A DNA stretch of 64,000 nt from a bacterium (GTDB lineage Bacteria > UBA8248 > JACPRG01 > G963555815), in the NCBI GenBank assembly GCA_965261595.1, contig CBDHDG010000007.1, forward strand, positions 512,001 through 576,000, written 5' to 3'. The notes below the pieces were generated by a model, which did not search any database, had not been told where the DNA came from, and saw only the letters and a program-made list of their open reading frames with translations. Both the position numbers and the translations under genes were made by a program. This document shows positions 27,870 to 37,698 of the stretch, one piece after another; position 1 is the first letter of the stretch, and the number at the start of each line of letters is the position of its first letter.

Positions 27870-28722
27870 GGTTCTCTTCCCTAAGATTGTCTAAATACTC
27901 CGACGGTCCCATGCCACCGGTGAAATCAGGATCTCGAATATCGTCAATGGACACGTTCGTCGGATCAATCAGGGTTACACTAGAGGCCTGGACCCGAGAA
28001 ATAGAACCGCCATCCGTATAGCTGATTATCCCTCGAACCAGAATCCGCTTCTGCCTCCAGACATCCAGGAGAGTCGCTTCTCCGGCAATCGTTTCTTGGA
28101 GGTCGTCCGAGATCCGACACCAAAATTTTTTTCTGGTTACCCTCTCGATTATCCAGAGCGCTGGGTTGTTGGATTTCGTGCCCACATCATGCAGATACCC
28201 TTCAACAGATCCGAGTTCACTCCGTGCGCTTCTTGCAATCTTTTGCTCGATCTCAACTAAAACTTCAACCATTCTTTCGTACTCCAGAATAGCGCGACTG
28301 GCTTTTTGTGGGGTGATCTCGATAGGTGGCGCGTCTTTTTCTAAGACGATTTCGGTCTTTCCTATGCCGTTGGCACATCTCTCAAGGATTCCTCCAACGA
28401 GTTCCGCCGGAGGCCCGGAGCGCCACCGCTGGGGGATTCGGCCTTCGGACAGCTCCCTGATATCGTTCCCGAAACGCTCCTTCTGGTGTTTGGCAATTCG
28501 ATCAACGTCAACGGTTTGGGTCTTCCCAACGGCTTCCCCTTCAACCATTAACGGGCTATCCATGCTTACAGCGGCCAATCGCCAGAATATCTCTTTTCCC
28601 TCCGGATCGTCTTGAAGGGCAAGATCAAAAATGTCCAACACCTGTTGCATTGCGTCTTGGACCGTTAGTAAATCAGGGGTTTTGCTCGGACCCTGAACAC
28701 CCACCTGGATGAATTCAGCCAT
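27859..28722 (-). CDS. Hypothetical protein, putative PIN partner/antitoxin
   Basis: ATG after GGAG; 287 aa; C-terminal PDFTGGMGPSEYLDNLRE; overlaps the PIN start by 11 nt. Confidence 0.7.
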   Translation of the reverse strand: MAEFIQVGVQGPSKTPDLLTVQDAMQQVLDIFDLALQDDPEGKEIFWRLAAVSMDSPLMVEGEAVGKTQTVDVDRIAKHQKERFGNDIRELSEGRIPQRWRSGPPAELVGGILERCANGIGKTEIVLEKDAPPIEITPQKASRAILEYERMVEVLVEIEQKIARSARSELGSVEGYLHDVGTKSNNPALWIIERVTRKKFWCRISDDLQETIAGEATLLDVWRQKRILVRGIISYTDGGSISRVQASSVTLIDPTNVSIDDIRDPDFTGGMGPSEYLDNLREENLDG

Positions 28723-28779
28723 GATTTTTTCTCCGCCTGCGAAGGATCCGCCTGCGCTTAGATTTGCGTTCTCGCCCAA

Positions 28780-29709
28780 TTATGAGTGCCGATACAAGAG
28801 CCGTTTCCCCTCAAATCCGCTTAGGGCGAGGCGCATCCTCTCGACATCCCCCATCTTACGGCTGTTCCATCGGAAATTAAACTCCGCCAGGTAGCGGTCC
28901 ATGTGCCCTTCGCTGATATGGTGGAAGGCCCCCATAATGCCGCGTTTAAACAGGGAAAAGTACGACTCCGCGAAGTTCGTGTGAACGATTCCGCGGACAT
29001 AGGTTTTCGCATGGTCAACAGTCTGATGGCTTTTGAAGTGTTTGTCCAGCCCGGAATAGGACTGAAACTTGTCGGTCATAATGTCGGCGGTGATCTCAAC
29101 ATTTTCCCGAATGAGCCGACGCAGGGTTCCCTTTCCAACATTGGGAACGGTGAAGGCCTTAACCCGGCCATCCCTCTCAATCAGCGTGACAACCGGGGTC
29201 TTTTTGTCAGCCCCACGTCCACGAGTCCCGGTTCCCCTCTTCCTTCCGAATCGGTTGCGGACCTTTCCGCCGACATAGGTTTCATCAACCTCAACGATTC
29301 CGGTGAGCATTTCCTGGACATCGGGATCACCCATGGCATGGCGGATACGGTGACAAAGGAACCACGCGCTTTTGTAGGTGATACCTACAGACCGTTCTAT
29401 CTGTTTCGCAGAGATTCCCTTCTTGCTGGAGGACATCAAATAGACGGTGGCCAGCCATTTATTCAGGGGGATATGGGAAGCCTCAAAAATGGTCCCTACC
29501 GTCACAGAAAATTTCTTGCGGCAGGAAGCGCACTTGTAAGACCTCCGCTTGCTCTTCTTGTTCTTGGAGTTCGGGGCAGTCAACCAGGATTTCCCATGCC
29601 CGCAATGAGAACAGATTCGACCATCTGCCCATCGAACTTCCTCAATTAAATCAATGGCCTTTTCTTCATCGGCGAAACAGGAAGAAAGCTTAATCAAGTT
29701 GGATTCCAT
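28780..29709 (-). CDS. IS1595-family DDE transposase
   Basis: Zn ribbon CSHC...CASC, VEVDETYVGG, TD, HTNFAESYFSLFKR, RYLAEFNFRWN. Confidence 0.95.
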   Translation of the reverse strand: MESNLIKLSSCFADEEKAIDLIEEVRWADGRICSHCGHGKSWLTAPNSKNKKSKRRSYKCASCRKKFSVTVGTIFEASHIPLNKWLATVYLMSSSKKGISAKQIERSVGITYKSAWFLCHRIRHAMGDPDVQEMLTGIVEVDETYVGGKVRNRFGRKRGTGTRGRGADKKTPVVTLIERDGRVKAFTVPNVGKGTLRRLIRENVEITADIMTDKFQSYSGLDKHFKSHQTVDHAKTYVRGIVHTNFAESYFSLFKRGIMGAFHHISEGHMDRYLAEFNFRWNSRKMGDVERMRLALSGFEGKRLLYRHS

Positions 29710-29895
29710 GACAAATGTCTCCTTTCAAGACTGAATATAGACCATGGGAGAGGTCCTGTCAAGTATATAATCACCATATTCAATGGAACCGAACGGCACG
29801 AAAATCGCTCCAATCATTAAGGCAGGGATTAGATTTACAGGTAGTGGAGACTTTCATCCGCTGTTTCAAGGGGTGGGAGAAAGGAGATCCCGGCG

Positions 29896-30096
29896 ATGAA
29901 AACGCTGAAAGAGAAGGAAGTGGCGCTCCTTTCCATCCGCAACCTGAACCGCTATCTCCATGGAGAGATCAAAAAAGAGGAGTGGCGGGAGAACATGCGC
30001 TGGATCGAGGACATGCTCGCCCGCCAGCAGGCCCTGCCGTTATCCGGGGACAAACTGGACGACCCCCCCCGGGCCGGATCGGTCTCGGACAATTGA
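29896..30096 (+). CDS. Small hypothetical protein (66 aa)
   Basis: AAGGAG RBS, plausible helical composition. Confidence 0.55.
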   Translation: MKTLKEKEVALLSIRNLNRYLHGEIKKEEWRENMRWIEDMLARQQALPLSGDKLDDPPRAGSVSDN

Positions 30097-30336
30097 AGCG
30101 CATCGGGCAAAACATCGGGGCCGTCTCGACTAACTCGCGCAGCTTGCCCCGGGATGCCCGCGAGGGCGTGTCACCCTCCCGGTCCGCGTCCGGGATGTCC
30201 CCTTGATGGAGGGGCCTCGCAGCGGACTTCCCGGATGATCGTCCGTCAATCAAAACCAACATCATTAAATTGGAAGACCTGCCCCCCCCGGGCTGAATCC
30301 TCAGCGCCCTTTCCGGGTCCTGCCCCGGGAGCGTCC

Positions 30337-31368
30337 TCACGATTGCACCTCGCTCGTCTCCGTCTTCGTCGGGACCTGCCAGCGCCCGCCCAGTTGATAG
30401 CGCGAGAAGAGAAGCATGCCGAGGGAGATGTAAAATATTTCCCGGAAGCGGCGAAGGATGCTGAACGAGAGGGCGGTTGTGGCGGGGAGGCCGTAAGCCG
30501 CGAAAATAAGGATGTTTCCCCCCTCCGTCGCGCCGATCCCCCCCGGGATAAAGAAAATCGCCCCCTTGATCATCGCGACGATGGATTCGATGGCAAAGGC
30601 CATCCCCCAATTGACGGGGACGCCCAGGAGCCAAAGCACGAAGTACGTTTCCCCGACTCCCGCCACCCAACCTAGAAAATGAAAGAGAATCCCGAGCGTC
30701 ATCCCCCGGCGGTTTTCCCGGTAATAACGGGAAAGTTTCTCGTCCAGGCTGATCATTCGGCTTTCCACTTTGGCCAGCGCGGCCCCCTTCAGTCCGAGGT
30801 ATCGCAAAAACCGCATGATGGCCCCGAACATTCCCAGCCGCTGCGCGACCAGGAGCGCGACACACAGGGGGATGAAGGCCACCATCGTCCACATCAGCCC
30901 TTTTATGATCGCCGGGCCGGTCCCGATTTGGTAGATGGCGATGCAGATTCCGATCAGCACAAAGAGCGCCTCGGCAATCGTCATGACCGTCTTGGCCACG
31001 ACCACTGAGGAAGCGCCATCCACCATGTTCACGCCGTGGCGCTCCAGGAAGAACACCTTGACCGGCTCCCCCCCCATATACGCGGTGGGGGTGATGGTGT
31101 TCATCGTTTCGCCGATGAGGCGCAGCCAAAGGAGGCGAACCATCCGGATGGCCGGTTTCTCGGAAAAACAGTAGCGCCACCCGACGTTGTTAATCCAGGT
31201 GGCGACGAAATACGGAAGGATGATGAAGGGAAAGTAGATCCCCGCCCGGCCGAGCTCTCTTCCAATGGCGCGCGCGTCGAGGAAGTAGAGCAGAACGCCG
31301 AAGAATGCGAGTCCCGCCGCCAGAAAAAACAGACTGATCAGACGCCCAACCGTGGAGCTCGCGGACAT
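30337..31368 (-). CDS. Lysylphosphatidylglycerol synthase TM/flippase-like membrane protein (UPF0104)
   Basis: GETMNTITPTAYMGGEPVK, IPGGIGATEGG, RRFRE. Confidence 0.85.
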   Translation of the reverse strand: MSASSTVGRLISLFFLAAGLAFFGVLLYFLDARAIGRELGRAGIYFPFIILPYFVATWINNVGWRYCFSEKPAIRMVRLLWLRLIGETMNTITPTAYMGGEPVKVFFLERHGVNMVDGASSVVVAKTVMTIAEALFVLIGICIAIYQIGTGPAIIKGLMWTMVAFIPLCVALLVAQRLGMFGAIMRFLRYLGLKGAALAKVESRMISLDEKLSRYYRENRRGMTLGILFHFLGWVAGVGETYFVLWLLGVPVNWGMAFAIESIVAMIKGAIFFIPGGIGATEGGNILIFAAYGLPATTALSFSILRRFREIFYISLGMLLFSRYQLGGRWQVPTKTETSEVQS

Positions 31369-31511
31369 AAACACCCAAACTTTCCGGAAACAGATCCGCC
31401 GCAACCGACTTCAGGGGGAAAGGGGCCGTTCAGAAAACCTCTGCTACAATACCACACTTGGTAGAACCCAGCGCTTGATTCAACCATTCCTGCTGATCGG
31501 GGACCACCGAT

Positions 31512-32822
31512 TTGCCGCCTCCCATGGAACCCCTTCTGCGGGCCATCGTGATTTCCCCGGGGCCCGAAAAGGACTCGGCCCCTTGTCCGTCTTTCCTTCG
31601 CGCCGGGGGGCTTTCCATCCTCGTTCGCGCGCTCCTCACCCTGAAACGGGGCGGGGTGAGCGATTTCACCGTCGTTGCGTTGGGCGAGAGGGACGCGATC
31701 CATGAAGAAGTCCGCCGGGAACCCGGGTTGCGAGAAACCCGAATCCTGGATGTCTCCGAGGCGACCCATGAAGCGGCTTTGGCCGGAGGGGGGGAGGGGG
31801 GGGGGAGGGGGGGGGATTTCCTCCTCGTCCTGGGCGACCGGGTCTTCTCCGCGGATGCGGCCGACGACCTGAACCGCGCGAGATCGGCGGAGGGCAAGGG
31901 CCTGATCCTCCTGGAAGAAGGCGGGGGGTTTTCAGGGTTGGCGTTCTGCCGGGCCGCGCGTGCGGCCGAAATCTGGGCCGCCCTGTCGGGGACCGGCGAT
32001 CCCGCCGGCCGGCTGGAACGCGCCATCGGACCCGCGGACCGACTACCCTTGAAAAAGGGATTCATCGACCGGGTCCGTTCCGCGGCGGATGCGCGCCGGG
32101 CGGAGGACCGTTTGCTGCGGGGCCTCGTCAAAGAGACGGACAGCTTCATGTCCCGCCACATCGACCGGCGCATATCCCTCCGGGTCACCCGCCGGCTGGC
32201 CCGCACCCGTTTGACGCCCAACCAGATGACCGGGGTTCATTCATTCATCGGATTGGCGGGTGCCGTTCTGTTCGCCCAACCGGTCCGTTGGGTCCAGGTC
32301 CTGGGGGCGCTTTTGTTCATGCTCTCCTCGACGTTGGACGGCTGCGACGGTGAAATCGCCCGGTTGAAATTCCGGCAGAGTCGGTTCGGCGGCTGGCTGG
32401 ACATCTGGTCCGACAACGTCGTTCACGTGGCGGTCTTCGGGGCCATCGCCGTCGGGCTCTATCGACAAGCGCCGGCCGAGCGGTTCCTTTGGCTGGGGAC
32501 CTTCGCCTGTCTGGGCGTCGTGCTCTCCGCGGGGCTCGTCTCGTGGAAGACCCTGCGCCGCAAGACCGGCGAGGGGAATTTCTTTGTCTCCGTCGGCGAA
32601 GTGGAAACCGATCCACCTGCCGCCCCGCAAAAGCCCAAAAAGGACTCTCTCCGGGATATCGACGACTATCTCGCCCGCAGGGATTTCATCTATCTTCTCC
32701 TGCCCCTCGCGGCATTCGGAAAACTGGAGTGGTTCCTCTGGGCGAGCGCCATCGGCGGGAACCTCTTCTTCCTGAGCCTCTTGTTCCTGTACGCCCGCGC
32801 GAGAACCGCCCCTGAAGCTTGA
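31512..32822 (+). CDS. CDP-alcohol phosphatidyltransferase with degenerate N-terminal nucleotidyltransferase-like domain
   Basis: TPNQMT, DGCDGEIAR...GGWLD..SD signature. Confidence 0.85.
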   Translation: MPPPMEPLLRAIVISPGPEKDSAPCPSFLRAGGLSILVRALLTLKRGGVSDFTVVALGERDAIHEEVRREPGLRETRILDVSEATHEAALAGGGEGGGRGGDFLLVLGDRVFSADAADDLNRARSAEGKGLILLEEGGGFSGLAFCRAARAAEIWAALSGTGDPAGRLERAIGPADRLPLKKGFIDRVRSAADARRAEDRLLRGLVKETDSFMSRHIDRRISLRVTRRLARTRLTPNQMTGVHSFIGLAGAVLFAQPVRWVQVLGALLFMLSSTLDGCDGEIARLKFRQSRFGGWLDIWSDNVVHVAVFGAIAVGLYRQAPAERFLWLGTFACLGVVLSAGLVSWKTLRRKTGEGNFFVSVGEVETDPPAAPQKPKKDSLRDIDDYLARRDFIYLLLPLAAFGKLEWFLWASAIGGNLFFLSLLFLYARARTAPEA

Positions 32823-33441
32823 GGGACATCCACGCCAAGCCGATCATGCCGGCGATGATGAGGCTGAGACCGCCCAGGAAGATGAAAGTCCGGGATTTGG
32901 AGCGTGTGGAGGAAGGCGGGGAAGAGGACCGCAGGGTGGAGGGTCCGCCGGATCTTCGGCCCACGCCCGTTCTGGCGGAACCCGGGAACAGGCTCGACGG
33001 ACCGCGCTTCAGCGTTGAATTCTTTCGCTCCGGGCTCATCAAGACTTCACACTGCGGAGAGACCGAAAGGATGAAGTCAGCACTTACATTCTACCCAGAT
33101 ATCCCATATGGATCATAACTTTTGTCGGACCGGAGGACATTTTCTGGAGTAAAATCAATGCATGAGCCTCCCCGAGCCATCCTCTCGCGGGGTAATCCAA
33201 TGGGTGAAGCGAAAAAGTGGGCGTTGAAGGTCCGTTTTGAGCGTCGGCTGAGGCTTGAGTTTCACGGAACCAGAATGACTTCGGATGCGGGATTGCTGGC
33301 CTGCCGAGAGGGATCAAGCACTGGTCGTTACGCGGCCTTCAGCTTAAGCTCCTCAAAATGGGCGGCCGGCTCGTGCGGTACGCCCGCCACATCACTGGAC
33401 CGCCCCTGGGTTATTGGACACTCGGGTGAGGGTATTCGACC

Positions 33442-34359
33442 TCATGCGGCCTCCGCAACTTGAGCGAGTTTTTCCTGCCTTGCCTGGGCCGGCGTTCGGT
33501 AGCCGTAGCCCTCGAGAATCCAATGATGGTTGTACAGGTTCTTGAACTCAAGCAGCGCCCACCGCAGTTCCTCTACGGTGGCGAAAGAGCGCACCCACAG
33601 GAGATTCTCCTTCAAGATGCGGATGAACCACTCACAGTAGCCATTTCCCTCGGGCGCCCGCACGAAGCTGGGCGAACTGGTCATGCCCAGGTAGGCGATC
33701 TCCCGCTGAAAGTCATCGGACAGATAGGCGGGGCCGTGGTCGTGACGAACTTTAAGCCCCTCGGCGACGTCCGCCTCCAAGCCGGCGAAGCGCTCGGCGA
33801 CCCCCTGCCGGATCGGCTCCAGGGCCTCGAAGCGGTTGCCGCTCTTGGCCGCATGGATCCCCACGCAGTCCACCGAGCAGTGATCCACCGCCACGAACAC
33901 CGAGGCCATCCCCTCCTCGGTGGTCACCGTCGTCGTCATGTCCGTGCCCCACATTCGGTCGGGCCGCTCGGTGCGGATGGTCCCGTTGTGGGCCTTGGGA
34001 CCTCGGGGTTTGCCCACCCGGTGGGGGGCCTGAAGCCCCGCCTCCCGCATCAGGCGACGCACCCGCTCCTTGCTGGTGCGGATGCCCGCGAAGCGCAGCC
34101 TCGCCCACACCTTGCGGTAGCCCTCGCCATGGAAGGGAGAGTCCTCCAGGACCTGCCGGATGTGGCCGAGGAGTTCCGCATCGGTGCACGGGCCCACAGG
34201 GCCGCGCTTATTGGGCGTGGGGCGTTCATGAACGGGGACCGCCTCTCGCCGCCGTTGCGCGTAGACCGTGGAGCGCGCCAAGCCCCAAAGGGCGCACACC
34301 CGCTTCAGGCCGTAGGCTCTGCCCGTGGAGGTGAAGCGGGCCTGACTCATCGCCTCCAC
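33442..34359 (-). CDS. IS3-family transposase OrfB (integrase core)
   Basis: GYRKVWARLR, WGTDMT, RHDHGPAY, PEGNG..E. Confidence 0.9.
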   Translation of the reverse strand: MEAMSQARFTSTGRAYGLKRVCALWGLARSTVYAQRRREAVPVHERPTPNKRGPVGPCTDAELLGHIRQVLEDSPFHGEGYRKVWARLRFAGIRTSKERVRRLMREAGLQAPHRVGKPRGPKAHNGTIRTERPDRMWGTDMTTTVTTEEGMASVFVAVDHCSVDCVGIHAAKSGNRFEALEPIRQGVAERFAGLEADVAEGLKVRHDHGPAYLSDDFQREIAYLGMTSSPSFVRAPEGNGYCEWFIRILKENLLWVRSFATVEELRWALLEFKNLYNHHWILEGYGYRTPAQARQEKLAQVAEAA

Positions 34360-34760
34360 CTCCTGCCGGCTAAAGGGCGGCCGGCCTCCAGGCGGTCGAT
34401 CTTCTCCCGCAGGACCTCGCCCTCCATCGTGAGTTCGCCCACCTTGGCCTTGAGCCGGGCGTTCTCCTCGTCCCGCTCATCCGCCGGGCGGGCTTTGAGC
34501 GCCGCCTCGCCCCCGCGAAGGAACGCCTCGCGCCAGGCGGAAAGCCGAGCCGCTGTCGTGCCCAACTCGCGGCAGAGCGTCTCCAGGCTCTCGCCCCGCA
34601 AAAGACGCAGGACCGCCTCCCGCTTGCGCTGGCAGGAGAACCGACCCCGCTCACTGCGATGCCCTGGGGCCTTGGCTCCGTTCGCCCTGCGGGCGCCCTC
34701 CGCCAAAGCCCCCTCTTGCTTTTGTTCGTTCATCGCGACACCCCTTTCTCCATGAATCAT
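34347..34760 (-). CDS. IS3-family OrfA (HTH)
   Basis: KREAVLRLLRGESLETLCRELG, coiled-coil LKAKVGELTME. Confidence 0.85.
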   Translation of the reverse strand: MIHGERGVAMNEQKQEGALAEGARRANGAKAPGHRSERGRFSCQRKREAVLRLLRGESLETLCRELGTTAARLSAWREAFLRGGEAALKARPADERDEENARLKAKVGELTMEGEVLREKIDRLEAGRPLAGRRWRR

Positions 34761-35032
34761 GGATCAATCGAGTGTCCAACAAAACCCTAGAGCGGGGGAT
34801 CACCTTCCAGTTGGCCGAGGTCGGTGTATCCAGGAAGACATTTGCCCTTATCTTGGAGAGAATCAAGCGATGATGCCCGGTGCCTGTCTAGCGACCCTAA
34901 GCGGAGTCCACACAAGGGCAAAATGACGAAGACTCCAAACCTGGTGGTCAAGCCCGTTTACACGCCGGCGCTGACATGGTTTTCCAATGGCGGATACCGC
35001 TCCGATCAGGGTTTCAGGCGCCCGAAATGGTG

Positions 35033-35061
35033 TTGACAGCCCCGGTAAAGAGGGCTCTAAT
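35033..35061 (+). promoter_or_regulatory. Near-consensus sigma70 promoter in the mini-IS1380 right part
   Basis: TTGACA-17 bp-TCTAAT. Confidence 0.55.
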
Positions 35062-36379
35062 TGAGTTAAAGAGCAACGGGTGGTCAATACAAGAGTTGTC
35101 TTGATTTAAACCGGGATTTCCCAGATGACCACTCTTAGCCATCCTGCGGTCCTCCTGTGTCATCAAAGTACCCCATTTTACTACAGATTCAGGGTCTCTT
35201 TGCAGAACCATCTGCTCAATCGAGGGGCAACGGCCGTCCTAAAGCCGCAATCCCTTGAAAACCCAGCTCTACCGGCACACTCAGGGGAGTTCGGCACAGA
35301 CTGATCCCCCGTCTCCACCACGTCACTAAGCTTCCGGGCCATCTGCTCCGTCATCCGGTATCTGGTACGGGAGGCGGTAACCACAACCGTCGAATTCGTT
35401 CAAGGATTGCCCTGAACAGTTGACGCGGCACGGCCACCTCGGCCATCTGGAAGGTGGTGTGCCGGGCGTGGGTGACCACCTTGGCCCCAATCTTAATCAG
35501 CTTCTCGCGTAACGTCGTCAGCGACCAGTGCTTCACCGCTCTGGGCAACGCCAGCCGCCGCAGGAAGTTTGCCAGGTTGTACGCCAAGGCAAATAGTTGC
35601 AAGCGAACCTGGTTCTCTTCAAAGCCGTGGCAGGACAGGCGCGTCCAGTTCAGGGCGTACTTGCCCTCCTTGATCCACTGCTCCGCCGTCCCACGCTGGT
35701 TGTAGAACCTCACGACGTTCTCTTCCCGCCAGTGCAGGTTGGTCACGATGAAGCTGACTCTTGGAAACAACTCGCCCTGGTGCCACTCGACCGCCACCAC
35801 CACCCGGCGAGGCTTCTCCCAACTAGCCGCCTGATAGGAGACGCTGTGGTAGAAGATAATGGGCCTTTTGGGCGGTCGGCCAACCGGCCGGGTCAGAAGG
35901 CATTCGATGTCCCTGTACAAGATGGCGTTGGCCGGAAGCCGAATCGCATAGGAGTAGCCCTCCGCCTCAAGGTATCGGTACACCTCCGGCTTGGCAAATG
36001 CCGCGTCGCCTCGAAAAAACCGACAGACCTTCGCATCCCGGTAGCGAGCTACCACCGGCTCCAATACAGACCACCAGTCATCAGCGCTGTGGACCTTGCC
36101 GTTGCGCAACAGCGCCCGCTCCAGATCGCCAAACTGGTTGAAGCAAAACAGTGGGTGATAGCAGGTGCAGCCGAAGTGGCCGTTGTAGGAAGAGCCTTCC
36201 TGCTCACCGTGGGTCGGGCTGACCGAACTGTCCATGTCCAGGATCAGCTTGCGAATCGGCTTGCGTTTGCGGACACGATCCACCAACACACCGGGCAGAC
36301 CGCTCAGCGCCTTGAGGGGTTAAGGGGCCGGGTGAGGGTCTCCCCCGCTCTAGGGTTTTGTTGGACACTCGATTGATCC

Positions 36380-36793
36380 ATGATTCATGGAGAAAGGGGT
36401 GTCGCGATGAACGAACAAAAGCAAGAGGGGGCTTTGGCGGAGGGCGCCCGCAGGGCGAACGGAGCCAAGGCCCCAGGGCATCGCAGTGAGCGGGGTCGGT
36501 TCTCCTGCCAGCGCAAGCGGGAGGCGGTCCTGCGTCTTTTGCGGGGCGAGAGCCTGGAGACGCTCTGCCGCGAGTTGGGCACGACAGCGGCTCGGCTTTC
36601 CGCCTGGCGCGAGGCGTTCCTTCGCGGGGGCGAGGCGGCGCTCAAAGCTCGCCCGGCGGATGAGCGGGACGAGGAGAACGCCCGGCTCAAGGCCAAGGTG
36701 GGCGAACTCACGATGGAGGGCGAGGTCCTGCGGGAGAAGATCGACCGCCTGGAGGCCGGCCGCCCTTTAGCCGGCAGGAGGTGGAGGCGATGA
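36380..36793 (+). CDS. IS3-family OrfA (HTH)
   Basis: Same protein as 34347-34760. Confidence 0.85.
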   Translation: MIHGERGVAMNEQKQEGALAEGARRANGAKAPGHRSERGRFSCQRKREAVLRLLRGESLETLCRELGTTAARLSAWREAFLRGGEAALKARPADERDEENARLKAKVGELTMEGEVLREKIDRLEAGRPLAGRRWRR

Positions 36794-37698
36794 GTCAGGC
36801 CCGCTTCACCTCCACGGGCAGAGCCTACGGCCTGAAGCGGGTGTGCGCCCTTTGGGGCTTGGCGCGCTCCACGGTCTACGCGCAACGGCGGCGAGAGGCG
36901 GTCCCCGTTCATGAACGCCCCACGCCCAATAAGCGCGGCCCTGTGGGCCCGTGCACCGATGCGGAACTCCTCGGCCACATCCGGCAGGTCCTGGAGGACT
37001 CTCCCTTCCATGGCGAGGGCTACCGCAAGGTGTGGGCGAGGCTGCGCTTCGCGGGCATCCGCACCAGCAAGGAGCGGGTGCGTCGCCTGATGCGGGAGGC
37101 GGGGCTTCAGGCCCCCCACCGGGTGGGCAAACCCCGAGGTCCCAAGGCCCACAACGGGACCATCCGCACCGAGCGGCCCGACCGAATGTGGGGCACGGAC
37201 ATGACGACGACGGTGACCACCGAGGAGGGGATGGCCTCGGTGTTCGTGGCGGTGGATCACTGTTCGGTGGACTGCGTGGGGATCCATGCGGCCAAGAGCG
37301 GCAACCGCTTCGAGGCCCTGGAGCCGATCCGGCAGGGGGTCGCCGAGCGCTTCGCCGGCTTGGAGGCGGACGTCGCCGAGGGGCTTAAAGTTCGTCACGA
37401 CCACGGCCCCGCCTATCTGTCCGATGACTTTCAGCGGGAGATCGCCTACCTGGGCATGACCAGTTCGCCCAGCTTCGTGCGGGCGCCCGAGGGAAATGGC
37501 TACTGTGAGTGGTTCATCCGCATCTTGAAGGAGAATCTCCTGTGGGTGCGCTCTTTCGCCACCGTAGAGGAACTGCGGTGGGCGCTGCTTGAGTTCAAGA
37601 ACCTGTACAACCATCATTGGATTCTCGAGGGCTACGGCTACCGAACGCCGGCCCAGGCAAGGCAGGAAAAACTCGCTCAAGTTGCGGAGGCCGCATGA
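36781..37698 (+). CDS. IS3-family transposase OrfB
   Basis: Same protein as 33442-34359. Confidence 0.9.
   Translation: MEAMSQARFTSTGRAYGLKRVCALWGLARSTVYAQRRREAVPVHERPTPNKRGPVGPCTDAELLGHIRQVLEDSPFHGEGYRKVWARLRFAGIRTSKERVRRLMREAGLQAPHRVGKPRGPKAHNGTIRTERPDRMWGTDMTTTVTTEEGMASVFVAVDHCSVDCVGIHAAKSGNRFEALEPIRQGVAERFAGLEADVAEGLKVRHDHGPAYLSDDFQREIAYLGMTSSPSFVRAPEGNGYCEWFIRILKENLLWVRSFATVEELRWALLEFKNLYNHHWILEGYGYRTPAQARQEKLAQVAEAA

Larger units (their letters stand above)
27156..29775 (-). mobile_element. IS1595-family transposon with passenger genes (2620 bp)
   Basis: 24-bp IRs GGCGATTATATACTTCACAGGACC vs GGTGATTATATACTTGACAGGACC (22/24); 8-bp TSD ATATTCAA at 27148-27155 and 29776-29783; lower GC. 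Confidence 0.95.
33396..34799 (-). mobile_element. IS3-family element copy A (1404 bp)
   Basis: Ends TGGACCGCCCCTGGGTTATTGGACACT / TCCCCCGCTCTAGGGTTTTGTTGGACACT; 4-bp TSD TCAC; orfA 34347-34760, orfB 33442-34359. Confidence 0.93.
33094..35110 (+). mobile_element. Mini-IS1380 (copy 2) interrupted by an IS3-family element
   Basis: Same sequence as 14858-15287 in inverted orientation; split at 33396-34799; right boundary not defined. Confidence 0.75.

Noticed and set aside
32819..33118. 99-aa ORF after the CDP-alcohol transferase
   Set aside because: No motifs; runs into the mini-IS1380 end
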